Part shown: in pieces, positions 23,302-37,705 of the stretch
How the letters are laid out: the number at the start of each line of letters is the position of its first letter
Position numbering within the stretch: position 1 is the first letter of the stretch
NCBI GenBank assembly: GCA_964036045.1
Contig: OZ038378.1
Location: forward strand, 147,126,001 to 147,190,000
Reading direction: 5' to 3'
From: Eutreptiella sp. 'Long Island Sound 2002'
Lineage: Eukaryota > Protista > Euglenida
Length of the DNA: 64,000 nt
Position numbers and translations under genes: made by a program
Notes under the pieces: model-generated
Databases searched by the model: none
The model's input: only the letters and a program-made list of their open reading frames with translations
What the model was told of the DNA's origin: nothing

Positions 23302-26300
23302 CATGTGGAGCAGAAGCATTGTTTGGGAACCATCGCTGGAGGGTCTCCCGCAAATGGGAGGTCGGGTAGCTGCGCAACACTGCATGAGCCGTCACAGTTG
23401 GTTGCATCTGATTCGTTGATTGTATTTGTCTGGAAGCTGGCCGCGAAGTAACTGTCCGCGCCAAAGTACCTTCCATGGAAGGTTCCTTCATGCAGCCGCA
23501 TGCCCAGCAGGTAATGGGATCAGGCACCAAGATGGGACGGGAAAATGAAATGACCTGGAATTGAATTTTGCAAGAGTGAAGCACGCAACTCAGATACACA
23601 TTGCCACGATGAGTGTGTCTTTGACATCATCATTTCTACGCAATCCTTGGGATGCACCGGCAGTCTTTCGTGTGTGCATGACCTGGGGCATTCTGTACGG
23701 TATTGATGGCACAGGTTGACGGGGGTGAGAAGGGGGGAGGGCATGTAGCATGGTCCATTCTGTGGCTGATCCAATGCCTTGGTTCTGCTGCGGATGTTTG
23801 TATCTACTGCCATGACTGTACTCACACCCTGTTCCATGCTTGGCAACTCATGGATACACCTGCGCTCGAGTCCGTATCACGGTTTTCGCAGAGCGTTTAG
23901 ACACGACGCAAGCAGAGTCCCTAGCCCTAGCCCTAGTCCTCATACAACAATGCGGTAGAGCGACCCATACAACAAAGGGGCACTCCACAATGACCCGTGT
24001 TTGGCTGGTTCTCTGGATCCTCCCTGCCCTCAGGACACGGGCACAGCGTAATTCGAACAACCATCTGACGGGCGGGACCGCGCGTGTTTCAAGGTGGAAA
24101 ATTGCACAGCATGAGGCATGGCATCTGATGCTCGCGGTTGCAGTGAGACATTCTGCTTCGCCCTGTGTTACAACATACACTGCACGCACTCTCTCACGGG
24201 CTCCTGCGGTTGGGGATGGGGTGCGAGACAGAAAAGGAGGTCAGTGTTTGTATGGCCTGTACTCGCACCCTCAGACGCACTAACATTCTGGAGTTATTCC
24301 ATTACTCACAGCAGATTGCCGTTGCAGCGCTGCCACATCATTGCATGAACTACATGGGACAAGAAAGGAATGACAGGGAGGGGGGTCACTGCACCCCTCG
24401 CACTCTGTCAGGGAGAGGCTGGAGGGCAGGGGGTTCTATTGGGCACCAAAACGCATAGAAATGCAAAGATGCAGCTTGCACGAAGGCACATGCATCAACA
24501 GAAGATTTCTTAGGAGAGGGAAAGGGAGTGGAGTGTGGGGGGGGGGGGGTCCCCCGGTGAGTATGCCGCTTGATCCCATGCATTTTGTGGTCCTCAGACA
24601 TCCGTTTCACATGTTTGGACGGTGTGTCATTCTCCCCTTCTAATCAGCAGTGATTTGGACACTGCTCCTTTCAAAAACCATTCTGCCGGAACTGAGGGGG
24701 TGGTGTGGAATGCGACCCTATCTGCAAGGCTGTTGCTCCGTTAATGCAATCGCTCCCTTGCTCAGTCCAGAGAGCGTCCACGGGACTGTTCACACTGGCT
24801 CGCCTGCCCTACGTCTACCTATCGCTGCCCACCCAAGGGCAGGGGGAGCACACATCAGGGAGGGCACCGGCTGCAGGGGAAGGGAGAGGTCCGCATCCGA
24901 CGGGGGGCACAAAGGCCCTGCGCCCGGAAGGAGGTACTAACCCTAACCCTCACCCCAGCCCTCACCTGAGTCACACAGGGGGAACCTGCCCTCTGGTGTT
25001 TCCAGGGACCCGTGGTGGCGCTAAAGGCGCCGTGTGCCAGGCCATGCGAGGGTCCAGAGGTGAAGGGCCCTGGCCTCTTTGCGTTGGGACGCTGAGCCGC
25101 CACAAAACCCCCCGTGCACTGCCCCACTCCCGACAAATCCGAGGCATTTAGCACATCCGGCCGGACCGGTGCACATGTGCCATGGGAAGGGGGTGGGTGC
25201 AGACCCCGGGACAAATACCAACGACCCTCCAACTCCTACGTCCTCTCGGGGCATGTTAGTAACCAACCAGAAAACCAATAAAAAAAAAAGAGGTCGGATG
25301 TGGTTGCAGGAGGGCAGGCGGTGAATCCCCCCAAGCACAGAACATGCCAAATGCCCTCAGTGTGCAGCATAGCACTGCGGCTTCGCAGGATTCGCCCCCA
25401 TGCCACACAAAACGAAAACAGTGCACCTGAGGAAGCGCCGTCATCCCCTGGGCACCCACATGCGACTCAGTGGGACCCAACCGCCACCGATTGGCGACCC
25501 GGTATGACTCCCTCCCATTTCGCGACTCCGGCGTAACGAATGTGTGTGACCCCATGGGGCGCCCAAAGACACGTGCGGTCATGCCCCCTTGCGGGCAGCC
25601 GCCAGCGCCAAAATGAGCCAAAGACCCCTGTTTGATCACGGGAATTGATTGCACTCAACAGTCTGAAAAAAAACATGATCTTGGGCTGTTGGCGCCATGA
25701 TCCCAGGGCCTGCCTTGTGCCCATGCCTCTGGCTCCCAAAACACATTTCGCGGGAATCGCGGGCGGTCGCGGGCGGGCGCGGGCGATCGCGGGCAGTGAG
25801 CACCCCCAACGGGGCCCTCTCCCACTCCATTTAGGGCCTTCCCACGTCTGATGCGTGACTCAGTAGGACCCACCCACAACCAACACACGGGCCATCCCCA
25901 TCCCCCGTGCGCCCCACTTCCCCCCAGGCGCACAACACCACACTCAATGTGCGACTCGGAACTCCGGTACCTGCGCCGTCACTCCGGAGCACACGGGATG
26001 TGTATCTCCGCAGGGTCCCTCGCGCCACAAAACAAAGAGGCCGGACCTCCGGTACAGCTGGGCCTCGGAAGCGCCCCGGCCGGCCGGCATCGGCGGTTGG
26101 TGCCCGGCCAACGGCGTTGGTCAACCATCACCCGCCGTCGGTCAGGCCCCCCACCGCCGTCATCCTGCGACCCAAGATCTCACACTTTCCTTGGCGAAAA
26201 AAAAAACAACAGAAGTAAAGGCCAGCCCTGGGGTGCTCTGTCCCCCGATGAGTGACTCAGTAGGACCCACCCTCATGCCACGTGCGACTCAGCACCACAC

Positions 26301-28961
26301 CAGGCGCCGCTAGGATGCGCCTCTTTGGGATCCGCCCCCTCAGTCTGTGTGCCACTCCGTAGGACCCAACCGCTTCCAACGTGTGACTCCGTGGGACTCA
26401 AGCCCAGACCACAACCATCGGGACACCGCAAGCCACGTCAGCCTCGGATCTCGGGATCCATAAAACCCTCTGCGTTCCCCCCAGCCCCCACGACAGCAAC
26501 GCATGACAGTCCCCTGTGTCCAGACCACTGCCAGAGGCCTCAAGGTTGTGGACGCGGACAAGCTGCACTTTCAAGCGCCAAGACAGGATTCGTCGGGAGG
26601 CAGCGGTCCGCCAAGCCCAGTAAGTGCCCCCACGGTGGCCCCCAAGCCCTGCCCACAGCCGAGCGGCCACATGGACAACAACATCCAATGAGCTCTTGCA
26701 AAGCCAACGGAAGATGGGAAGCTCATTGCACCGTCAGCGGTTTGGACAGACCCTCTGAGAGGGGGGGGCTGGGGGGTTACAATACAACATGAGCCTAGAT
26801 CATCAACAAAAACTTGCTTTGTGCTGGCTCAACATGTACCAGGCAGGGCAGGAAGATCAGACATACAAAATGTTAGGTATGCTACAGGGCTGCCAGCACG
26901 GGCGCATGCATATCGGGGACGCCGCAACAGACAGGGAACAGGGGCAGCACAGGGGGGGGGGGGGTAGACCGACCCCCCCCCCCCGCCTTTATCAGTACCT
27001 GCCTGTGTGTGACGGTATCCCCCTGCCCCTGGGGGAACGCAGCCAAAGTGACAGGTCCCCCCCCCCCCGGGGGAACACCACGCACCCGTGACACAAAGCA
27101 AGACATGCAAACCCGAGGACATACAATCCACAAAATGACCGCCTGCCTGTGGGGGATGCACATTCAGCTCTACCGGGAGACGGGCGCCGTGTGGTCCTTC
27201 GTGCCACTATACGTGCACAACGCCTGTGTTCCACAGCATAGCACCTTTCTACATCATCGTGTGTTTGTGCCCAAATCCTATAGCACGTGTGCAGAGCAGA
27301 GGGGCTGCAGGGGCTGATCGCACCAACAAAAAGTAACCGGGAGTGGGACCCAAGTAGACAGCAATGCACCAATAATACTACTTTGTCCAACCAGCAGGCA
27401 CACAGGAGGACTTAAACCTTCCAACCTTCTACTGAAAATGGTAGAATGATCCCCCGGGTACTGATCAAGGGCGGGTACGACTCAAGGGGGGGCGGGGGGT
27501 ACCACCATGTGCCTACAGCCCTACGGCCCCCAATTTACAACGCAGTGGGCATTCCGTTTGTCAGGGGGTGTCAGACGAGGCTTGCGGTCTGTCTCGTACC
27601 CGTGTGGCAGTGAAAGGATGTGGCAAACCAGGGCAGACAATAATACATGAGAACTGAGGCTTATTCTCCATCTCCCGACCCAAGAGGAGCAGACGTGATG
27701 GTAATGGAGCAGTGATTTGAACCACAGATACAGGGCAACACCGTCCGGCCGGGTGGGTGGGTGTTTCGAGGGTACAGGAGCACGCTACAGAGGGGGCGGC
27801 TGCGCGCGCACCGCGCCCACCACTGGATCAAAACTACTGCGAATGGTCCCCCATCCGAAGCCCTCAAAATATGGTTGTCCCGGGTCATTTTGTGGTGCCC
27901 TGGGGGACCCCAAATGGTTGCATTTGGGTCCTTGGTTGGGGGGTTGACTAGTGTAACTTGTTGGTGGCTCTCAGGTGACTGTTCAACATGTCCAGGACTC
28001 TTGCCGTTCCTCTGTGATCGGCCCGCCTGTGCCGTGGAGACCTTGGGAATGACACAAAAACCCGCAAGAGGCCTACCATTGTCGTGTCGAACACATGCAA
28101 GCGATCAACCAACGACAGGAGGACCGACACGGGCACCGTTTACACAAAAGGCCACCTCCATTGCAACTGCATGTGCATCACCACCAATGCCAACGGCTAA
28201 AAGTAGGGCAGGGAAATGGGCACAGCAGCAAACAGCGGCTACAGATTAGGGGGCATATCCTGCACCAATGTGACCACTCACCTGCAAGCAGTACCCTCCG
28301 AACTGGGTGTGTGGGCTCTTGTGACACCCGCACTATACGCACCGTGCGTGCACCGCACCTACGACTCCCCCAGAGAGTGTAAAGAGAACCCCGAGAATCC
28401 ACTGTCCGGGTTCTTTCTTTCTTTCTTTCTTTTTTTTTTTTGATTTTTTTGCATCACTTTTTTTGAGGGGTTTCCTCATTTTTTTCACTGTGGAATTCAG
28501 TGCTGCCGACTTGACGCCCCTCCCCTGGCAGCCCCGCCCACAAGGTGTGCGTTGGCAGCCTGGCGGAAGTGCCATCCGCCAGTGGCACCCAGGGCGTGAG
28601 GGTGCAGGCCCTGCAGAGGCAGGACTGCCGAGCTGTGCACCTGCACCACCCGCAGGGGTCCGTTGTTTGTCAGTCGGAGCCATGGCTCTGGGCAAGGGGA
28701 TGTGGCAAGCATCCGGGGAACACATGTGACCGTGTGTGCGCCCGTAGACCGCAGGTGGCGCCGCACGCGCACCGCGCGTCACCGCAGTGCGCGGTGGACG
28801 CTCTGGCCGGCACTCAGCCATTTCCAGACAAAACTTGTCTGTGGGAGGCTTACCCATATTGCCAAAAGCGACTGGGGGGCGCAAGGACGTGGGTCTGTCT
28901 GGGACGTGTGGTAGCACGAGGGGGGGGGGGGGACTGTACACCTCCCCCCCCTCCCCCCCCC

Positions 28962-29337
28962 GGGGGGGGGGGGGTGGCAGGTCAAAGAGCGCTCCACACA
29001 TGCATGTCCTGGTATGCAGATGCAGCAATGTGGAGGCAGCTCCACACGGCTGACTCAATCATGATTCCACTGCAACAGTTTGAAAGTCTTTGAGATACTC
29101 CACACGGCTCCACACAGTTCCACACGGCTGACTACAGGCGGGGGGGGGGGGGGGTGGCAGGTCAAAGAGCGCTCCACACATGCATGTCCTGGTATGCAGA
29201 TGCAGCAATGTGGAGGCAGCTCCACACGGCTGACTCAATCATGATTCCACTGCAACAGTTTGAAAGTCTTTGAGATACTCCACACGGCTCCACACAGTTC
29301 CACACGGCTGACTACAGGCGGGGGGGGGGGGGGGGGC
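28962..29337. repeat. Apparently exact 180 bp tandem duplication bounded by G runs
   Basis: TGGCAGGTCAAAGAGCGCTCC...GACTACAGGCG occurs at 28975 and 29155. A diverged partial copy lies at ~31565-31625. Confidence 0.85.
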
Positions 29338-29424
29338 AGTTCACCGGCAGGGCTGTCCTTCACGCCAAACAAAAAAGAATCTTGTTGAATCCCGCTTGAC
29401 CCCACAACAGAGACGGGGGGGATG

Positions 29425-29642
29425 GGGGTCTGAAAGGGGGGGGGGGGTAGGGGGATTTGGCTGGGACCTTCCCTCCTCCTTGGGTCCCCCTATGGTCCCC
29501 GCCAAAGGCGGGCCGAAAATTTTCAAGCTTAAAGGCTCTTGGGGCTGAAGGCGTGGAAGCAAAATTTTGGCTGTCAGCCTCAAACATTGGAAGGGGAGGA
29601 GGGGGGGTACCCCCCCCCCCTCCTCCCTTCGAATACATCCCT
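29425..29642. mobile_element. Partial MITE, homologous to 43369-43627
   Basis: Shares GGCTGGGACC..GGGTCCCCCT.TGGTC.CCGCC.AAGGCGGGCC...GGCTGTC.GCCTCAAACATTGGAAGGGG and ends in ATACATCCCT. Confidence 0.65.
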
Positions 29643-30658
29643 GCCCCACAAACACGCACACGGAGAAGGCCACCGGGCAATACACACAGCAAAATTCCAC
29701 ATCGTTCTGGCATACCTCCATCCGGAGTTGGGGTTTGCCTTGAGGCCCGGCCGGGAGGAGCCGGGGTCTCCCGCTGCCCGTATCCATCCATTCGGAGGAG
29801 CACCTCCACAGCGAGCGCACAGTACACGGGCGTCACGCAAGCGTAACTCCGGGGGGGGGGGGGGGGGGCATCGTGACGGAACGCCTTTGGTTTGTTCTGG
29901 TCTGCTGCCGCCGGGCAGACTCTCAAGGGAACTCGAGGCATGACTGGACGCGGTGGTCCATCCACGTGCCCGTGTTGGACCATCCCCGGCGTTGTATCCA
30001 GAGCCGTCTGGTGCAGAGGGAGGGGCTGCCTGTATTATATAGTGTACCCCAGAAACCCCTGCTTTCGGAATGACTGCGCGTCGCCCACTCACCGCATGGC
30101 ACTCGAGATAAAACTCGAGATGAAGATGCAGAGCCGTCACTTCTGCCGCTGTCCCCCCAAAACCAAAACCCAATCACCGCCAGACCCCAACCCCCTTGGG
30201 ATGTCCTGCCTCGGCGTGCGGGGCCGCAGCCCCACGTCCCGCATGGCGGCCCAGGGACAGCACGCTCGCAGCATGAGAGCGGACCAATCGCGGGATTGTC
30301 CCCCAGGCGCTCTGTGGGACTGTGACCCAAAGTGACAGAAAAAGTTTTGTGCGAGGAAATCAAGCGGCACCAGTTCCGGGGATTGTCCTGAGGGCGGCCC
30401 TTCCCGGCGGACAAAAGAAGAGAAAGAAAACCAACAGAAACGGCCCTGGGCTCAAGGGGTTGGGGGTGGGGTGGGTGTGAAAGACAGAGACGTGATGATG
30501 CAACAACAGACCCGGCCATTGAAAGCCCCCTCCACTTGGCGGTTCCACGCTGATTGGGGATCCTTGCAACGCGCTGCTTGCCCACCAACGAAGAGCGCGT
30601 GCACATGCTGTGAATGTGTTTGCTTTGGGGATGTGCATGACAGCCACACATGATGGAG

Positions 30659-30661
<3 letters not shown>

Positions 30662-30702
<41 letters not shown>
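30662..30702. repeat. (GA)n microsatellite
   Basis: Seen directly. Confidence 0.95.
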
Positions 30703-30703
<1 letters not shown>

Positions 30704-33700
30704 CCACTGATAATGATGAGGATGCAAACCTGGGGGACAATGGACCCAAACTTGGAGAACCCGTTGCAGGGAGGGTGGACGCTTCAGCAGGTCTGTACAC
30801 ATTTGTTGTGTTAGCGGTTTCTGCTTTTTTTTAAGAGGGGGGGGGGGGTTGTCATCGTTGTCAAATATGCAAAGTGTCAGTGCACGAGACCAGAAAGGGA
30901 GGGTGGGCAGTGCCGTGGGCTCTTGTAATACACACAAAGCAGCCCAGGCCGGGACCTGTGCCGAGGCAAGCGGGTGGGACTCAGACGAATGCAGAGGGGG
31001 CAGCGGCCCCCAAAAGAACAACTTCCAGACCACCATCACTTGTGCGGGGCCGCCCTGCCCCGGCACACCTGCGGACTGATTCTCTGAAGGGACACTGCAG
31101 GGCCTACAAAGCAGACGAGAGCAGCTTCAACGACCTGCTCTGGCCCCTCTGTGGGCAGCGGGGGGACGGGGCTGCAAGGCCGCGTCAGGGGCTGCAAGGG
31201 GATGGGAGGGGCTGTAGGGGGGATCCTGCGTCCACTTGGTGCTGCCTCAGGCCGTGGGCCTTGGCCCACACTGCAAGTCCTACCGCAGCTGTCCTTCCTC
31301 CGGATGGCACAGCAGAGGCAGGCCCACAACCCCTGCTCTGACCCACCCGGTCGCTGGTCTGGGGGGACCCTCCGCCCTTCCCGGTCCACGGCTCCGTCCC
31401 CGGGCCAACTTCTGTCGGGGACAGCCCCCCAAAGGCCTGTGGGGTTGCCCGGGTTGGATCTGTGCCGAGCACCTCCTGCAGTGAATCCACGGCACATGGG
31501 AACTCACAAACAACGGCAAAGGGACAGGGTATAGTAAAAGTATGGTAAGAGGGCGCACGCAGGGCTCAAAGCGCTCCACACATGCACGTCCTGGTCTGCA
31601 GATGCAGCCATGTGGAGGCAGTTCCATGAGATCAGTGGTATGATACAAATGTGCTCCCGTACAAATCACTGCGCCTGTTGGCCTTGTTTTGTCAACACGA
31701 GAGTGTTTATATGCTACAAGACAGAGAAAGGCCCCCTAATGCAACTGTCTTTCACCCGTGTCCCCTTGCGTGTGCTGGCACTCCTTGGCCAAGTAACCTG
31801 GACTGGGACTGGACTGGACTGGACTGGGACTATGGTAAGAGGGGGGGGGGGGGGGGCATGGCACGGCGCTGGGGCGCGGGGCCCAATAGGGTCTCCGCAC
31901 CTTCAGACCACTCCATTCCCAATGGGGGCCCCGGGGCTCGTGGCGGGCGTTGGCTTCTTCTGTGATGGACAGTCCGCGGAGCACCTCAGGACCCGGGACT
32001 TGCGTCGAAGCCAACGGAAGGAGGAGGGGCAGGCGGTGGAGGGGCACCCACACCGGGGCCGGTGCGGGTGGTGGTGCCATGGAGGTGCTTCGACACTGGG
32101 GGGCCGATCCTCTGGGCAGACTGGGCCTGGGTGACTGGGGAGGTGCACCGGAGCGCCGCAGCATCCGGATGCAGATTGGACCGGGGACTTGCGGGAGGAA
32201 GGCCCTGTCCGTCCGGCCGTCGCTGTGGGCGGTGGCGTTGTCGGGTGGTGTCCGTGGCGGTGGCCGCACCGCCGCTCTATGTGCCCGACACGCCCCCCTC
32301 CCCCAACAACACGGCCCTTTGCGGATGGCTCTCGGCCCCTCTCTGGCACCGTCACGGGGGGATGATCGGGCAAAGACCCAATCCTCTGGGCCCTTGGTCA
32401 CCGGCAGGGGCCCAAAGAGGCCTTGAAGAAGTGTTCAGGGACGTCCTGCCAAAACTTTGCCACACACAACGGGGCCGTGCAACGACATTCCGGGGCCCCA
32501 GCACCGCAACCGACGGCAATCGGGCGGTCATGTGTTGCCAAATCGCCGAACAGCGTCGGATAAAAGGGGTGACGGGGGGCGTCCCGGGATGACGGGCGCT
32601 TGTGCCACGTCCTGTGGCCAAATCTCGAGGGTTTCCATGATTCCCCGCAGCCCCTCAAAGCTGGGATCAATGCCGCAACAGTTTCACAGATCCTTCAAGT
32701 TCAGCTGTTTTAGACAACCACATGACTTTGTTGCATTTGGTCGAGCGGAGTGAGGCAAACGGGTAATTATGGACCGCACCCGGTGGTCTCTGCCGGGAGG
32801 CGCGGCAGGAGCCGAATGCGTGCGCCGGCACGAGGCCTCCTGTGATCTGTAACAAAGCCAGAACCCGGAGGGCGGCGGGGCGCGAGTCAACCGCAGATCT
32901 ATGCCCCGTTGGTACCTGATGTCCACCGTATCCACAGACACGGTGCTCACCCCCATGCGAAGGGGCGTGAAAGTGGGGGGCGCAACGGCGGCAGATGTGT
33001 GCGGGGGACCAAGGGCGCGGGCAGCCAGCGCCCCGAGGGGATGCGCAGCCCCGGGGATGGACGCCCGCCGGGGGGCAATGACAGGAACCCACGTCCCTCC
33101 GCAAGGCATTGGTGCTTGGAGGTGCACCGCGAGGGACGCGAGAGGGGGCAAGGGGACCTCCGGGACACGCCGTCAATGGGCCCTGGTTAGGCCTGCCAGG
33201 CATGCTCTCACCCTTAGGGGGATCATGCGGGGGTGCAGGGCGGGCACACTGTCTTCTCCGACTCCCCCCACACACACAACCCCCACCCCATCTACTTCCT
33301 CCCAGGCCCCTGCACTGGGACACGCGGACCGCGGCCAGCAACAAGGCCAGGGGGATAGACCCCCAAGCACATCAAGCACGGCCACATACACGCCCGGCGG
33401 GGCGGCACACGTACTGCGCGGAGCGGCACACATGCAGACGGGGCACGGCCTCTACACCGCACATACCAACGGACCCAGGTGCACACAGAACCCGCGCAGA
33501 GTCACACGCACCCACTCACTGTAGATACCCCGGACAGGCACAGGGCAGTGGCAGGCACTGGTCGTAGACAACAGCGTGTCAGGCCAACATACACAAAAAC
33601 ATGGGCACTGGAGGCGGGGCGCCTTTCGGCAGACAGTCGCCCACACAGACACCCACCCACAGCCACCAGACATACGCACGCACGCAGGCACGCACACATA

Positions 33701-33970
33701 CGCCTCACAGACACACACAACACACATAAACGTCTTACACATACGATTGAGGCGGCCGAAACCAGCCTTACGTCAACCAGCCCTATGTCATACACATGCA
33801 CACCCCAATGGATAACACATACATACACACACACAGTGTGAAACAGACCAAGAGCACCCCAGTGAGCATCACAGGGGCACGAGCACTGGTCAAAATAACT
33901 CGTCAGGCCACAACATAAAACATGGTTGTCATTGAGGCTGGGCGCCTCGTAAAAAAAAATAGAAACTCAG

Positions 33971-33971
<1 letters not shown>

Positions 33972-34044
<73 letters not shown>

Positions 34045-34106
34045 CACAGCACAGCACAGCACAGCACAGCACAGCACAGCACACACAGTGGCATCACAGA
34101 CAGACA

Positions 34107-34152
<46 letters not shown>

Positions 34153-34403
34153 GGGAACCGCGAGACAAGAACGAAGCAAGAAAAGCGGTTGAAAGAAAAC
34201 TTCTCAGGAACAGCAGAGCTGTCCTAGACGTCTTTCGGTCTGTTGGTAGAGAATGAGCAAGTGCAGTTCCGGACAGTGGACCTTCCCTTTTCCCGAGTTC
34301 AGTTCTGCAGCGCCCAACAGACCATAAAAACCGCCCGCGGAGGAGCTCGTGCACTACCGTTGCCATAGCCTAGATTTATCGTGTGCTGGGTGCCACCACC
34401 CCG

Positions 34404-34469
<66 letters not shown>

Positions 34470-34530
34470 CACAGCACAGCACAGCACAGCACAGCACACA
34501 CAGTGGCATCACAGACAGACAGACAGACAG

Positions 34531-34553
<23 letters not shown>
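33972..34553. repeat. Two copies of a compound (CA)n-(CAGCA)n-GTGGCATCACAGACAG-(CA)n microsatellite block
   Basis: The blocks at ~33972-34149 and ~34405-34553 have the same order of motifs. Confidence 0.9.
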
Positions 34554-34561
<8 letters not shown>

Positions 34562-37332
34562 AGTGACATAGTGTGCCGTGATATTATAGAACAACAGGGC
34601 CCCCTCTCCACCTGCCTCAGCCCTGAGGGGCAGATATAGCCATTCCGTCGTTGCATATCGACGACGGCGGCGGGATTCCCATTCTTTTCCAAACGGGAAG
34701 TGCCCCGTTCTCCAATGATCGCCATTCCTGTGCAAGTGCCTGACCTCTCCATGGCACTGCTCGGCACTCGCTTGCCCACGCCCCCCCTTGGGCTTGCCAA
34801 CGCCCACCCGGGTTTGGCCGCTGTCCCGCCCTTGTCCTCCTGACACAGGCACAGTACAAGTCGAACAACCATCTGACGGGCGGGAGCGATGCTGTACACT
34901 GTTGTAAAGAGGGGCAGTGGCGCCCAACTTGGGTTTCTGGGGAAACCCGGGACCCCTGTGGGACTTGCCTACACTTGCCTGCAGTGCAGGACCCTCCTCC
35001 CAAGGACGGCGATGCAAAACACAGCATCCGCACATGGGAAAGGGCCGCAGACGGGAGGAGGGGGAGATCTAGTGGGCGTCGGGGGGGGGGGGTCCGTGTT
35101 GAGGACGACCGACGGGGGTTGAGGATATGGGGGAGGGGGGGGAGGGGGGCTGAAACCTGAGAGCAGCGGAAGTGGGGGGAGATGTGGGAGACAAAAACAG
35201 CGGCGGTGGGACAGCGGTTCTGCGAATGCGTTGACCCAATCCGTTTCAGAGCTCAGCAGACTGGCGTGTGGGTGTGTGTGTGTGCTCTGTGTGGGTGTGT
35301 GGGTGTGTGGGCTCTGCACTAGTATCGAGGGCAAAGGCCGAGTATGGTCCTGGCGAGACCCATCTGAGGTAGCAGACACATGGGTCATGCATGCGGGCAA
35401 TGAGCGCTTTGTGGCAGTGCCAGCCCCTTCAACGGAGTCAGCCCCTCATAACACTTTGGAGAGGGAATCCCAAGCCCATGCCCCGCCGTGCCCCGCGAAG
35501 AGGGCGCGTATGGCCTCCTCATGTCCTGCGGGTGGCCTGCGGGCCTGCGCGTTGGGCAAAGCAGACGGAGGAGGGCCCCCGGCACAGGTCCGCAAGGGGG
35601 CAGGCCGCGAGGGAGGGCCCGCACACCCCTGCCCCCATGTCCCTGCCACGGACCTCTCTATCGGGGGCAGGGGGGGGGGGGGGCTCCCTGGGGACGTGTG
35701 GGGGGTCACGCGCATGTGCCAACGCTCTGAAATGCCGGGGACTCCAAAAGGCGCATGCGCGTGCCGGTGCATTGGGAGGGGCATGAGGGGAGGGGTGGCA
35801 GGGGGGGAGGGCAGGGGCCTATCAAGGCTCCAGGGCGCCCTTGGGCCCGGACCACGGCGGCGCGGGGGTCACCGTGGCAGGGCCGCGGCGCGGCACAAAA
35901 AGCGAAGGTGTTTGCGTGGGGACCGCCTCGAACGCAGGGCACGAGCCCGTGGAGGTGCAGGTCATCGGCACACGTCATATCACTTCCGGGGGGGGGGGGG
36001 GGCATCACTTCACCGTTGGGGTCAGCGGGAGGGCGGGAGGGTCAGACGTGCAAGTGACGGGGACGGTGGACGTGTGTCAGGGGGGGCGGTAGGGGTGCAC
36101 GGGGGGAGGGAGAGGACCACGGATGGTTAGGCACGGCGGCAGCAGAGTTGAGTGCAGGGCGCGGCATCACTTGTGGTGCGGAGGCGGTTTTGCCAGGGCC
36201 AGGGCCTTCCAGACCAGCCCCCCCCCCCCCGGGCGGCGCCGCCGGCAACGGCACGGCCCTGCAGCACCCGACGACGTGCTGCATCCGAAGGGGCCGGGGC
36301 CGGTACAAACCACAGCCTCGGGGTCTTGGTGGTGACGGACCCGCGCGCTGTGGAGCGCCTTGGCCCCGCGCCCAGGCCACCGAAGTGACGGGGGTGCGGG
36401 GCGAGGGCAGGGGAGGGGGGGTTGGGGGTGCCCAACGCCAACATTGGGGGGGGGGGGCTGATCCAGCGCCGGGGGGATGGACAGACGGCGCCACATGGGC
36501 AGTGGCCTGAAGGGGAGGTCCCTCTGATGATCCAGCGCCGGGCAGGGGGAGATCCCTGTCGTCCAAAGCGAGAGGCTGACGGCCTGGGCCCCCCCGGAGG
36601 GTGTTAAGAAGCGCCCCCGCAGCAGAACACAGTCCGCCCATTCGGAAGTGTGCGCGCCGCGCGCGCGTGCGTCTGCCCGCGTGTCGAGCCTCCGGATCCT
36701 TGTGGCTGGTCCGGTCGACCCTGCGGAAGGCCCCGATCGCTACTGTACAGAGGGCCAGTCGTGGGGCGTGGGGGCCGGTGACCCGACCCCTGCCCCCCGA
36801 GGCTAGTCCCTCGGAGCGCGGCGCGATGGAACGGCCTGATATCGAGGGAGGGGGAGGAGGGGCGGGCTCCGTACGCCACACCGACCCAGGCCTCCCAGGA
36901 AACGACACGGGGGATCCAGCCCCCGCGCCCCCGGACTCGTGTGGGCAATGAGGGATCCCACTGCAGCACAACTGCCGGTGAGGCGAGGGCTCCTGGACTC
37001 CCCGGGCGTCTTGGCGAGCCTCGGCCCGTGGCTTGCGGAGAGATAATGCGGCCACGCTGCCGGCCAGACGTCACATCGTGTCCCAATACAATCCAGTCCC
37101 AATCCGAATAGGCCGCCAGGCCCAACTATCATCTCCTGCACCGCACGGCACCGGGAGGTCCTGCAGGACTATCACACTGCGGCCGGAACACCGGTGCTGG
37201 AGCCCGTGTGGGCGTCAGTGAGTGAGTTGTGAGGGAGCGAGCCGGCAAGGGAGCGCATGCATGCGTGAGGGAGTGAGTGACTGAGTGAGCGAGCGTTGGC
37301 CAAGGTATCAATTCCAATCATGCTCAAACTGC

Positions 37333-37519
37333 GTGTGTGTGTGTGTGTGTGCGCGCGCATGCCAAGGCAACGTTTCCAAACATGCGCAACCGTGTGCGTG
37401 CGTGTGTGCGAGACGCCCCAGACGATTTGAAACCCAGCACACTGCAAGTACAAACTCCTGACTGCCTACTGATCAGCTAAACCATATGTTCTTGATGCTC
37501 TCCGGCCCCGTGCGTGCAC

Positions 37520-37561
<42 letters not shown>

Positions 37562-37611
37562 CAAGGAATCCATTCGAATCTGCTCCAACTGCGAGGTTCA
37601 ACAATCCTAAG

Positions 37612-37702
<91 letters not shown>
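37333..37702. repeat. Cluster of (TG)n microsatellites
   Basis: Runs at ~37333, ~37522-37560 and ~37615-37702. Confidence 0.95.

Positions 37703-37705
<3 letters not shown>

Noticed and set aside
24935-24970. Telomere-like CCCTAA/CCCTAG runs here and at ~23917 and ~48535
   Set aside because: Two or three degenerate units only; insufficient to call interstitial telomere or telomere targeting.
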